A stretch of DNA of 64,000 nt from the NCBI GenBank assembly GCA_002897655.1, contig BDTJ01000038.1:66689-130688 (forward strand), written 5' to 3'. The position numbers and the translations under genes were made by a program. The DNA comes from an archaeon BMS3Abin17 (GTDB lineage Archaea; Nanobdellota; Nanobdellia; Pacearchaeales; GW2011-AR1). The notes under the pieces are model-generated. The model saw only the letters and a list, made by a program, of their open reading frames with translations, ran no database searches and was not told the DNA's origin. How positions within the stretch are numbered: position 1 is the first letter of the stretch; every line of letters starts with the position of its first letter. Of the stretch, positions 47,001-56,733 are shown piece after piece.

Positions 47001-47426
47001 TTAATCCATTACTTCTTTTAATTGTTCTAATTCTTTTTTTAATTCATCAATTGACTCAACAATTTTAACTGCCCCCGCAATCACTGCACTTATATCTGAA
47101 ATAGACTCATTTATTTTTCTGTCTGTTTTTAATCCAACAACCTTTTTACCAAGGGCTTGAGCATAACCCATTTCCCATGCTGTTCCTGCCCCGACACAAA
47201 TGCCATTTAATACACCAATCATTGCATCACAGATATAGAGCTCTTCAACATCTCTTTTAGAAATCCTGTCAATGTCTTTTAATTCTTTGTATAATCCAGC
47301 ATCTTTATGAGGTAGGAATGTATCAAAACCAAATTCCTTGCAGATTTTATCTATCTTCTCTAAGAATTTCCGATTCTCTTCTGTGCATAATGGGCCAGCC
47401 ACATATATTTTCCTTATTTTTCCCAT
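47001..47426 (-). CDS. Nucleoside 2-deoxyribosyltransferase-like (NDT/Rcl fold) protein
   Basis: 141 aa; IYVAGPL...GTAWEMGYAQALGKKVV pattern of the PF05014 family. Confidence 0.6.
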   Translation of the reverse strand: MGKIRKIYVAGPLCTEENRKFLEKIDKICKEFGFDTFLPHKDAGLYKELKDIDRISKRDVEELYICDAMIGVLNGICVGAGTAWEMGYAQALGKKVVGLKTDRKINESISDISAVIAGAVKIVESIDELKKELEQLKEVMD

Positions 47427-47486
47427 ATTAATAATCTATATTAGGCATTATGTAATCTTTTTAAACCCCATGTATTTATCCTCAAT

Positions 47487-48632
47487 ATGGCAAAATGGAA
47501 CACAGAATGCAGGTTTTTTAATGATAAATACGCTTGTGATACTCTTTCTAGCGAGAATTATAAAACTTGTGAAGAATGCAGATTTTCCCAGAAATTCTCA
47601 AAAAAGATTTTAATAATCAAGTTAGGTGCAATGGGGGATGTTTTAAGGACAACCCCTATTTTAACTGCCATAAAAAAGAAATATGGTGAAGAAGCCTTAA
47701 TTTATTGGATGACTTCCCCTGAATCAGCAGAAATTCTTCAGGACAACCCTCTTATTGACAAGGTTCTTCAGTATAATCCTGAGAATATCTTAAGAATCCA
47801 GCAGGAAAAATTTGATATGCTCTTTTCCTTGGAGATAGATACCCCTTCAACATTGCTTGCAAATTTAGTAAATGCAGGTGAAAAACTAGGATATTTTTTT
47901 GATAATGGGGCAACTTCATGCTTCAATAAAGGTTCTGAGGCATATTTAGAGACAGCTTTTTTGAACCATGTTAAATTAAAAAACAAAAGGACTTATCAGG
48001 ACCTAATCTTTGAAGCCTGTGAATTAGACTATAATAAAGAAAAATTAATATTTAATTTACAGGGCAGTGATATAAAATTTGCCAATGAATTTAAAGAAAA
48101 AAATAACATTCTTGACTCAGACAGGATAATAGGCATAAACATTGGTTCAGCAGACAGATGGGCTTCTAAATTCTGGGATATTGAAAAGATAAAAGAATTA
48201 ATAAAGAAGATGCCTGTGAATTATAAGATAATAATTCTGGCAGGACCAAATGAAATTGAAAAACAGAGGAAATTAATTGAAGACCTTAAAACCGAAGGGA
48301 TTTCTTTAATCTCCAATAATCCTAATAATTCTTTCAGAGAGTTTGCAGCAGTTGTTGATTTATGCGATAAGGTTATCTGCGGTGATACTATGATTTTACA
48401 TTTAGCTACAGTATTGAATAAAACTTCAATAGCATTATTTTTTTCAACGTCTCCCTGGGAGATTGAAGATTACCAATTAGTTGATAAGATAGTTTCTCCT
48501 TTGCTTGAGGATTATTTTTATATTAATAGCTATATCCCAGAGCTTGCAGAGAGTATATCTGTTGAGCAGGTTTTAAGCCTCTTAAAAGATGTGGGTTCTA
48601 AAATAACAACAAATAAAAACACTCCAACATAA
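47487..48632 (+). CDS. Glycosyltransferase family 9 (heptosyltransferase-like) with N-terminal cysteine-rich extension
   Basis: 381 aa; ILIIKLGAMGDVLRTTPIL... matches GT9 N-terminal motif; C-terminal ...CGDTMILHLA... region. Confidence 0.65.
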   Translation: MAKWNTECRFFNDKYACDTLSSENYKTCEECRFSQKFSKKILIIKLGAMGDVLRTTPILTAIKKKYGEEALIYWMTSPESAEILQDNPLIDKVLQYNPENILRIQQEKFDMLFSLEIDTPSTLLANLVNAGEKLGYFFDNGATSCFNKGSEAYLETAFLNHVKLKNKRTYQDLIFEACELDYNKEKLIFNLQGSDIKFANEFKEKNNILDSDRIIGINIGSADRWASKFWDIEKIKELIKKMPVNYKIIILAGPNEIEKQRKLIEDLKTEGISLISNNPNNSFREFAAVVDLCDKVICGDTMILHLATVLNKTSIALFFSTSPWEIEDYQLVDKIVSPLLEDYFYINSYIPELAESISVEQVLSLLKDVGSKITTNKNTPT

Positions 48633-48640
48633 CTTTTATC

Positions 48641-50341
48641 ATGGAAGAAGAAAGCGGGGAAATTATTGAAAAAAAAGAGGATAATTCAGAGAGTATAATA
48701 GAAGACAGAAGAGGAAAATTAAGATTTAAATTATTTGGCTGGGTTGAGGATAATTATGACAAAGTTTTTCTTGCAGTTCTAATCTTTGCATTTATTCTAA
48801 GGCTGTTGATATTTTTTAAAACACTGAACCAGCCTCTTTGGTGGGATGCAGCCACTTATATGACTACTGCAAAAAAATGGGGGCTAGGATTAGATATTAA
48901 CACTGTTTGGTATTTTAGAAGGGCTTTTTTATGGCCATTGATTGGAGCAATCTTATTTAAGTTTGGTTTTGGTGAAACAGGTGTAAGGTTTGCAGAAGTT
49001 TTATTTTCAACAGGAATAGTTTTTGTTTCTTATTTTTTAATAAAAGATATGTTTAATAAAAAATATGCTTTATTTGCAAGTCTGGGGTTGGCCCTTTCAT
49101 GGGTCATTTTGTTTTTTACAGGAAGACCTTTAACCTCAATCCCTGCAACATTTTTTTTACTAACTTCATTATTATTCTTTTGGAAGGGATATGAATTAAA
49201 ACAGGGAAATAAGTTCATTTATCTTTTTGGATTATTTTATGCACTTTCAATTCTTGTGAGAATGCAGTATCTTATGTTTGCACCTGTTTTTCTGATATTC
49301 TTGTTTGTAAAGGAAAAATTGAATTTTTTAAAAAGTAAACACTTTTGGATTGCTATAGGAATTTTCTTTTTAGTTCTTCTTCCACACCTTATAATATATA
49401 CTATTCATTATGGGAATCCTATAACAGATATTGCATCTCATTATTTTGGAGTAGGGGTGTCTCCTGCAGAAGGCACCCAAAAAGTGCAGTCAATTTCTAA
49501 AATTTTCATGTATTTTCCTGATTTGCCTTATATCCTAACAGGGGACAATCTAAAAGGAGTGTCTTATTTCGGTTCTCTGTCAAGGACTTTATCTTGGGGG
49601 TTATTTCTCTTCTTTTTAATAGGGGTTCTTTCTTTTTTCCTGGAGCTTTTCCTTGGATTTGATAAAATATTCCAGAATAGGAATATACAGAAGAAATTAT
49701 TTATTTTTCTATGGATAATCGCTCCTTTTTTATTTCTTGGATATATGATGAGAATTGTAGAACAAAGATATGTCATGCCGACATTTCCATTTTTATTTTT
49801 AATAGTTTCATGGGGCCTTTTTTCTATAGGAAATCTTACTTTTAAGAAATTAAATAAAAATAACCTTGGGATTCTCATTTTTATAATCTTTTTACTTTTG
49901 TTAATCCCAAATTATACTTTTGGAAATTCTTTGATAGATTCTAAAAAGATAAGCTATAAGGAAGTTATGGATTCAGGAATTTGGATAAAAGAAAATTCAA
50001 ACCCGACAGATATAGTTGTCTCTCAATCTTTCCCCCAAACATCTTATTATTCTGAAAGATCAGTTTATAACTTTGATGAAGAGGGGGATCCAGAGAGTAA
50101 GATTACAAGAGATGAGGAGGGATTTAATAGTTTTGTAGAAAGAGAAAAGCCAAGATATCTTATTTTATCTGCATTTGAAAAACATCCTGAATGGGCCTAT
50201 AGATATCCAGAAAAAAATATGGATAAACTAATAACTGTAAAAGTCTATGAGCAAGAGGGAAAACCTCTCTTGGTTATCTATGAATTTAAACCATGGGAAT
50301 CTAAGATTAGCTCAATAAATGAGACATTTCCTTTAATTTGA
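48641..50341 (+). CDS. GT-C fold membrane glycosyltransferase (ArnT/PMT-like)
   Basis: 566 aa, ~12 TM helices, early loop with conserved acidic residues (WWDAATYM). Confidence 0.55.
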   Translation: MEEESGEIIEKKEDNSESIIEDRRGKLRFKLFGWVEDNYDKVFLAVLIFAFILRLLIFFKTLNQPLWWDAATYMTTAKKWGLGLDINTVWYFRRAFLWPLIGAILFKFGFGETGVRFAEVLFSTGIVFVSYFLIKDMFNKKYALFASLGLALSWVILFFTGRPLTSIPATFFLLTSLLFFWKGYELKQGNKFIYLFGLFYALSILVRMQYLMFAPVFLIFLFVKEKLNFLKSKHFWIAIGIFFLVLLPHLIIYTIHYGNPITDIASHYFGVGVSPAEGTQKVQSISKIFMYFPDLPYILTGDNLKGVSYFGSLSRTLSWGLFLFFLIGVLSFFLELFLGFDKIFQNRNIQKKLFIFLWIIAPFLFLGYMMRIVEQRYVMPTFPFLFLIVSWGLFSIGNLTFKKLNKNNLGILIFIIFLLLLIPNYTFGNSLIDSKKISYKEVMDSGIWIKENSNPTDIVVSQSFPQTSYYSERSVYNFDEEGDPESKITRDEEGFNSFVEREKPRYLILSAFEKHPEWAYRYPEKNMDKLITVKVYEQEGKPLLVIYEFKPWESKISSINETFPLI

Positions 50342-51346
50342 TTATAAATATCCTTCTTTTTTATAATAGTCTACAGTTTTTTTAATTCCTTCATCTAGCG
50401 AGAACTTTGGTACATATTTCAACACTTTTCTTGCTTTTGAGACATCACTATACCATAATTTTTTAGTCATCCAGTCAATTGTATCATGTTTAAAAGGAGG
50501 ACGAAATCCAAATAACTTTCCTACTAATTCCATAGAAAATCCTGCAGAGACAAAAAAAATCCTTGGAAATTTTATTGGAAGAACTTTTTTTCCCATAGCT
50601 TTTTCCATAGAAGACCTAATTTCATTTATACTGTAATGTTCCCCATTTGTAATATGATATGCTTCTCCATTTTCCCCATATTTAACTGCAAGTAAGCATG
50701 CCTGGACTAAATTTTCAACATATAAGAATTCCATACATTTTGATTTACCATCTAGAGGAAAAAATCTTTTTTTGACTGCTTTGAATAACTTAAGCATTTC
50801 TACATCTCTTGGACCAAAGACCATTGGAGGCCTTAGAAATACAATTGGCATCTTGAATTTCTTAAAATATTCCAGAGAGATTTTTTCCTGAGCTAGTTTG
50901 CTCCATCCATAAGTATCAACTGGTTTGCATTTGGTTTTTTCATTAACAGCTTCACTACCATTTGATTGCCCAACTGCAGAGACACTACTCATTATAACAA
51001 TTTTCTTTATCTTCTTTTTTTTACATGCTTCTAATAGATTTTTTGTTCCTTTTTCATTTACTTTAAAATATTCTTCCCTAGGAATAGCCATTGGCCTGGC
51101 AATTGCTGCTAAGTGAAACACTACATCCACATTTTTTACAGCATTATCAAGAGATTTTTCATCTAATAAATCTCCTTGAATTATCTCTACATTTAATTTT
51201 TTTAATAGCCCAAGAATCCCTCTTTTATCTTTACTAGAATCTTCTGTTTCTCTTACAAGAACTTTTACTTTATGCCCTTGTTTTATGAGTTCTTCTGTTA
51301 GGTGACTCCCTATAAAACCAGTTGCGCCTGTTACTAAGGCTTTCAT
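50342..51346 (-). CDS. NAD-dependent epimerase/dehydratase (extended SDR)
   Basis: Start trimmed to MKALVTGATGFIGSHL. Confidence 0.8.
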   Translation of the reverse strand: MKALVTGATGFIGSHLTEELIKQGHKVKVLVRETEDSSKDKRGILGLLKKLNVEIIQGDLLDEKSLDNAVKNVDVVFHLAAIARPMAIPREEYFKVNEKGTKNLLEACKKKKIKKIVIMSSVSAVGQSNGSEAVNEKTKCKPVDTYGWSKLAQEKISLEYFKKFKMPIVFLRPPMVFGPRDVEMLKLFKAVKKRFFPLDGKSKCMEFLYVENLVQACLLAVKYGENGEAYHITNGEHYSINEIRSSMEKAMGKKVLPIKFPRIFFVSAGFSMELVGKLFGFRPPFKHDTIDWMTKKLWYSDVSKARKVLKYVPKFSLDEGIKKTVDYYKKEGYL

Positions 51347-52818
51347 GGTAGTAGTGGAGAAAAGACCCATGCAAGATTCGCAGCTGTCTTTCTCATTATT
51401 TTATTTTTTACTAATAATTTAGCAAAGTTTTCTGTAAGAATAGATGCGAGAATTTTCTCAAATTTAGGGTAGTCTTTTCTTTTAGGAGAGTTTCTGCAAG
51501 CCCAGACATGTCCAAGTTGAGCTAAAAATATCATTTCTCTTGAATTATAATTCTTAGTGTATAAAGGAGCATTTCCTGTTTTCGGATTGATATAGTTTAT
51601 CCATAAATCCTCATTTATAATTTTCTCTTCCTTAGCTATATCATAGACTCCTGTTCCAGGATAAATTGTTAGGGCATTAATGCCTATCCAATCAGGGTGA
51701 GTCTCCTTTATGAGCTTAAAAGTTTCCCAAGTTTCATTAGGTCCTTCTTTCAAAGAACCAACAATTAAAAAGTATTTTAAATCAATTTTAGCTTCCCTAG
51801 TAATATTAACAGCATTTTTTATTCTATCAATTGTAATATTTTTCCCCACCTCTTTTAATACTTTATTTGAGCCAGATTCTGCCCCATATTCTATTAAATC
51901 ACACCCTGCTTTTTCTAATAATTTTAATTCCTCCAAATCAACAGTATCAACTCTCGCTTGTATCCTAAATCTTATTGGTAATTTACTCTTTATTAATAAT
52001 TCACAAAACTCAATTACTTTTTCCCTTTTCATTGTGAAAAGGTCATCTGCAAATCTTATATAATCAATGCCAAAATTTTCATAGAGATATTTCACTGTTT
52101 CAAATAGTTTCTTAGCAGATGTATTTCTTATCTTCTTACCCCATGCATGTGTTGTTTCACAGAATTTACAGCCCATTGGACAACCTCTTGAAGTAGTGAT
52201 TAATGATGTTTGATTTACTTTACCTTTAATATCAGGAGGCAATGTATATTTTTTCATAGGAAAAAGATCATAGGCTGGAAAAGGTAGATCTTCAATACTT
52301 GGCATAAAAGGCCGTGAGGGGTTTGCTATTATTTTACCCTTTTTTCTGTAAGTTATCCCTAATATTTTCTCAAGAGGTTTTTTGTTTTTTATCTTTTTAA
52401 TTAATTCTAAAAGAGTTTCTTCCCCTTCCCCTCTTACTACAAGATCAACAAAAGGATAATTTTTGAGAATAATTTCATCTGTAAATGTAGCATGAAGCCC
52501 GCCAATTATTGCAATTATCTTAGGGTTAATTCTTTTTGCTTCTTTAAGTGTCTTTAACGCAGCATATCTATTTTCTGTTAAGCAACTTATTCCAATAATC
52601 TTTGCACCTGTTTTTATAGCAACTTCTGCAGTTTCTTTAATATTATATTCTTCTATTACAGCATCAATAACTGCAGCATTAATTTTTTCCTTCCTTAAAT
52701 AAGCTGCAAGTGAGGCTATTCCAAGAGGAATTCCTGACATTGGAAATTTACTAGTAGTTTTCTTATCCAAAGGAGGATTGATTAAACATATCTCAAAAGT
52801 GTTATTTTTTCCTTTCAT
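51343..52818 (-). CDS. Cobalamin-binding (class B) radical SAM enzyme
   Basis: 491 aa; B12-binding-like N-domain; SRGCPMGCKFCET. Confidence 0.75.
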   Translation of the reverse strand: MKGKNNTFEICLINPPLDKKTTSKFPMSGIPLGIASLAAYLRKEKINAAVIDAVIEEYNIKETAEVAIKTGAKIIGISCLTENRYAALKTLKEAKRINPKIIAIIGGLHATFTDEIILKNYPFVDLVVRGEGEETLLELIKKIKNKKPLEKILGITYRKKGKIIANPSRPFMPSIEDLPFPAYDLFPMKKYTLPPDIKGKVNQTSLITTSRGCPMGCKFCETTHAWGKKIRNTSAKKLFETVKYLYENFGIDYIRFADDLFTMKREKVIEFCELLIKSKLPIRFRIQARVDTVDLEELKLLEKAGCDLIEYGAESGSNKVLKEVGKNITIDRIKNAVNITREAKIDLKYFLIVGSLKEGPNETWETFKLIKETHPDWIGINALTIYPGTGVYDIAKEEKIINEDLWINYINPKTGNAPLYTKNYNSREMIFLAQLGHVWACRNSPKRKDYPKFEKILASILTENFAKLLVKNKIMRKTAANLAWVFSPLLP

Positions 52819-53915
52819 CTTAAAATATCCACAATATCCTTCATTTTTAAGGTTTTATCTTTTTTATTAATGCTTTTATTAGAGAGGAAGAATCCATCAA
52901 GTTCTTTATTGTCAGGATATCCATGCATTGAGACAAATCTCTCTTTTAAAGAACCCTGATAGAAATTTGGAAAAAAGTATCTACCTTTTTCAATAAAAAT
53001 AAACAAATCTCCATACTTTCTATCCAAAGGAATTTTATAATTCTTTGCTAATTTTTTATCTAAGATTTTTACTCCTTTAATTTTCTTCACACATTCTAAA
53101 ACTTCTTTTTTTGCATCATTATTATTAAACCAAAAATGGGCACTTGTTCCAGCAATAAAATACAGAAAATCTTTTCTTTTTGGCAGCATTTTTTCAATAT
53201 CTATATACTCTTTAATATCTGCAAATCCGTGGTCACTCCAGATTATTATCTCATTTCTATTAAATTTTTTAATAAAATTTTCAAGTACTTTATCAATTTT
53301 TCTTAATTCTTCTTTAGTTCTTGCGCTTTTTTTACCATATTTATGGATTATCTTATCAATTTGCATAAGTTGAACATAATAAACATCTTTTTTCCTAGAA
53401 GATAATAATCTTTTCAACCTATTAGAATCATCTTCATATCTAAATAAAATACTTTTTCTTACCTCAGTGTCTTTTTCAATAAAAAAAGGCCATTTATACA
53501 AAACATAACTCCTTTTTTTAAAGAAATCAAGGTCCCATAACCCTTTTTTAGAGCTAGAATCAAAAAATTTAAGACTATTTCGTGGAAGATTATGTAACCC
53601 TACAATATAATCTCTTTTATTTAGTAGTTGGATTAAAGCACCAAGATAGTTTCTTAGTTTTTTGTTAAATGAGAAAAATCTTAAGAAAAAGTTATTAAAA
53701 ATAGATTTATCTGATTTTTCAAAATCAAACCACAAACCAGATTTTTCAGGGGTTTCTCCACTAAAGAAACAATACTCAATCCCTGTAAATGCAAATAGTG
53801 TTTTTAATCTAGAAAAAAAGTTATCTTGCCCATATTTCCATAAAAAAGGCATACTTTTCTCTGTAATAAGATCTTTTCCTAGGCCATCTACACATATAAT
53901 TACTTTAGGAATCAT
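52815..53915 (-). CDS. Alkaline-phosphatase-superfamily metalloenzyme (phosphomutase/phosphodiesterase-like), hypothetical
   Basis: Start trimmed to MIPKVIICVDGLG (metal-binding Asp context); later IIWSDHGF and HGYPD motifs. Confidence 0.45.
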   Translation of the reverse strand: MIPKVIICVDGLGKDLITEKSMPFLWKYGQDNFFSRLKTLFAFTGIEYCFFSGETPEKSGLWFDFEKSDKSIFNNFFLRFFSFNKKLRNYLGALIQLLNKRDYIVGLHNLPRNSLKFFDSSSKKGLWDLDFFKKRSYVLYKWPFFIEKDTEVRKSILFRYEDDSNRLKRLLSSRKKDVYYVQLMQIDKIIHKYGKKSARTKEELRKIDKVLENFIKKFNRNEIIIWSDHGFADIKEYIDIEKMLPKRKDFLYFIAGTSAHFWFNNNDAKKEVLECVKKIKGVKILDKKLAKNYKIPLDRKYGDLFIFIEKGRYFFPNFYQGSLKERFVSMHGYPDNKELDGFFLSNKSINKKDKTLKMKDIVDILR

Positions 53916-55165
53916 CAAATTTTCTGAAGAAAAAATGCTATATAAGCATTTGCATAATCTATGCTCGTATTCTCCCAATTTTTACTTTTTGAGGGATAAA
54001 CTCTTCTTAAAATTTCTTGCCCCTTTTTTAATATATTTTCATCTACCCCTTCTTCATTTATAGAAGATATTAGATATATCAAAGAACTAAAAATAACTAG
54101 ATCAGGAGATCTTGTAAAAAAGACAGATGGTTTATTAATCTTAATCTTCTTTAATCTCTTATAATACTTGTATTTTAATAATAAGGAAACAAAAGGAAGT
54201 AATAAATTTTCAGCACCTCCTAAGTTGATAATCTTTTTTAGATAGGGATTATAGAATTTTTTCTGCATATTGAATATAGCCTTTGATAATTCTTCATTGT
54301 TTTTTATATCCTTCTCTAGAAATTTACTAAAGAAATATCTAGATACTTCAAGAAGATTTTTTCTTGCAATAAACCACTCTTTTTTTATATCTTTGATCAA
54401 GGGTTTATTAGGGTTTATCCTCCATTTTACATATTGTAAAATTTTATCATCAAGATCCGGAATTTTCTTATAAAGTTCTGGAAATTCTTTTTGATATATC
54501 TCTTTGAGTTTATTAGCTGATTTTAAATAACCTATATCATATTTCTTAACCAATAATAATAAGGAGGTACAACATGCAGTATATGCTTGTTGTATTACAT
54601 AACTTAAGAATTCTTTATCATATATCTTTTTTGTAGAATAATATTCTATCAATTGGCCCATTCTATCAAGAAGAAGCTTTGCCCCTTCTGACAAAGGAAT
54701 TTTTTTTAGTTCATAATTAGGGATTATCTTTCTTAGGTCTTTTCCCCACAAGACAAGAGAATTGTTTCTTAATTCATAGGTCCTTATTCTAGGTAATAAT
54801 TTTTTCAATTCTTTTGGTGTGTCACACTTTAAATCTATATAGAAATTATCTACTATTTTTTGTTCTTCTTTCTTAAATGGATAAAAATTAAGGATCCCTT
54901 TGTGTCCTATTTTCTTTGAAATTTTTGTGGAAATCTCATCAATTTTATCTTTATCAACATCTTTGCTACTAATTATTTGTATATCATAATCATTATAGGG
55001 GTGAAATTCCTTTCCAATCTTCTTTATTGGCCCCTCTCCTCTTGAAAAGCCTCCTGTGAGAATTATCGATAAGATTCCAGGAATACTCTTTTTTAACTCA
55101 TTTATGATAATTTTCATATCTTTTTGGATTTTTTTATTACCTTCTATAGAGGATACATATTTCAT
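53915..55165 (-). CDS. Hypothetical protein with minimal nucleotidyltransferase-like motif
   Basis: 416 aa; LTGGFSRGEG...YNDYDIQII resembles hG[GS]x9-13DhD of Pol-beta-like NTases. Confidence 0.35.
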   Translation of the reverse strand: MKYVSSIEGNKKIQKDMKIIINELKKSIPGILSIILTGGFSRGEGPIKKIGKEFHPYNDYDIQIISSKDVDKDKIDEISTKISKKIGHKGILNFYPFKKEEQKIVDNFYIDLKCDTPKELKKLLPRIRTYELRNNSLVLWGKDLRKIIPNYELKKIPLSEGAKLLLDRMGQLIEYYSTKKIYDKEFLSYVIQQAYTACCTSLLLLVKKYDIGYLKSANKLKEIYQKEFPELYKKIPDLDDKILQYVKWRINPNKPLIKDIKKEWFIARKNLLEVSRYFFSKFLEKDIKNNEELSKAIFNMQKKFYNPYLKKIINLGGAENLLLPFVSLLLKYKYYKRLKKIKINKPSVFFTRSPDLVIFSSLIYLISSINEEGVDENILKKGQEILRRVYPSKSKNWENTSIDYANAYIAFFLQKI

Positions 55166-55261
55166 GCTTTTTAGCAGTGCAGATTCAATTAAAAAACTTT
55201 CTAATTATTAGGCCTATTGAATCATAATTAATTTTATATATGCTTCAAACACCCTACCCTT

Positions 55262-55951
55262 ATGAAAAGCTTATCTTTGGTGGTTCCTGCACGTAATTCT
55301 TGCCATTTTATAAAACCCTTTTTAAGGGGATATTACAAGGTTTTTTCTGAGAAATTTTTCCCTTTTGAGTTAATCGTAGTATGTAATGGATGTACTGATA
55401 ATACAAAAGATATATGCTCTTCCTTGACTTCTGAATTTCCCTTAAAGGTTATGGATATCCCAAAAAAAGGCAAAGGAAGGGCGCTTGTAGCTGGTTTTAA
55501 TATAGCAAGAAATGAAATATTGGGCTTTTTAGATGCAGATAACCCATTTAATCTAGATGAGGTAAAAAAGATGATAGACCTTTTAGAGAGTTATGATGTT
55601 GTTATTGCATCTAAATATAAAAAAGGAAGGGCAAGATCTCAAGATTCTCAGTTTAGGAGGTTAATCTCTCTTGGAGGAGCAGTAGTTTCTTTGACTTTGT
55701 TTAATTTAAGACTTACAGACACTCAAGCAGGAGCAAAGTTTTTTAGAAGAAGAGTCTGGGATTCAATAGATAGAGATTTTATATGCCATAATTTTGATTT
55801 TGACATAGAGTTCTTATATAAAGTAGGAAAGAAAGGATTTTCAATTAGAGAATTTTATATTCCCTTTCAATATAGAAAATTTAGCACAGTAAGCTTAAGA
55901 TATCTTCCAGGAATGCTTAAGAGATTATTGATGCTTAGATTATTAAAATGA
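55262..55951 (+). CDS. Glycosyltransferase family 2, Dpm1-like (polyprenol-phosphate sugar synthase-like)
   Basis: 229 aa; LSLVVPARNS...DADNPFNLDEV. Confidence 0.7.
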   Translation: MKSLSLVVPARNSCHFIKPFLRGYYKVFSEKFFPFELIVVCNGCTDNTKDICSSLTSEFPLKVMDIPKKGKGRALVAGFNIARNEILGFLDADNPFNLDEVKKMIDLLESYDVVIASKYKKGRARSQDSQFRRLISLGGAVVSLTLFNLRLTDTQAGAKFFRRRVWDSIDRDFICHNFDFDIEFLYKVGKKGFSIREFYIPFQYRKFSTVSLRYLPGMLKRLLMLRLLK

Positions 55952-56733
55952 AAAGAATTTTATTGACTTTTGATGTTGAAGAATTTGACCTTCCAAGAGA
56001 ATTTAATCAAAATATATCTGAAGAAGAGATGTATGAAATATCCAAAAATGGATTATTTGCAGTGATTAATTTGTTAGATAAGCACAGCATTAAAGCGACA
56101 TTTTTCACAACTTCTAATTTTGCAAAAAAATACCCTAAAATTATAAAAGACCTATCAAAGCAAGGGCATGAGATAGCGTGCCATGGTTATAGCCATTCAG
56201 ATGATTATCTTAACAGCTTATCGAATATAAAAATTGCCAAACAAGAGATTGAAAAAATAATAAAATCCAAGATAAACGGATTTCGGGCTCCGAGATTCAA
56301 GATAAAGAATATTTTAGGATTATCTGAGTTTGGATTTATTTATGATTCATCACTTCACCCAACCTGGATTCCTGGAAGATATATGAATTTATTCAAAAAA
56401 AGAAAGATACACAAGATAGAAGACATAACAGAGATTCCCCTTTCAACACTACCAATTCTCAGGCTGCCTATTTTTTGGCTTGCATTTAAGAATTTTGGAT
56501 TAAATTACGCTAAATTATTCACTAAAATAAACTTTTTATTCTCAGATTATACTATGTTATTCTTCCATCCTTGGGAATTTGAAAATCTAGAGAATTTTAG
56601 AATCCCTGAGTTGATTAAGGGGAAATCTGGGATCAGATTAATTAATCTATTAAAGAATTATATCTTATTCTGTAAAAAAAATAATTATTCTTTTGATACT
56701 ATCTCTAATTATTTCCAAAAATCCTTAAGATGA
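55948..56733 (+). CDS. Polysaccharide deacetylase (CE4/NodB-like)
   Basis: 261 aa; LTFDVEEFD... and ...GHEIACHGYSHSD motifs. Confidence 0.7.
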   Translation: MKRILLTFDVEEFDLPREFNQNISEEEMYEISKNGLFAVINLLDKHSIKATFFTTSNFAKKYPKIIKDLSKQGHEIACHGYSHSDDYLNSLSNIKIAKQEIEKIIKSKINGFRAPRFKIKNILGLSEFGFIYDSSLHPTWIPGRYMNLFKKRKIHKIEDITEIPLSTLPILRLPIFWLAFKNFGLNYAKLFTKINFLFSDYTMLFFHPWEFENLENFRIPELIKGKSGIRLINLLKNYILFCKKNNYSFDTISNYFQKSLR

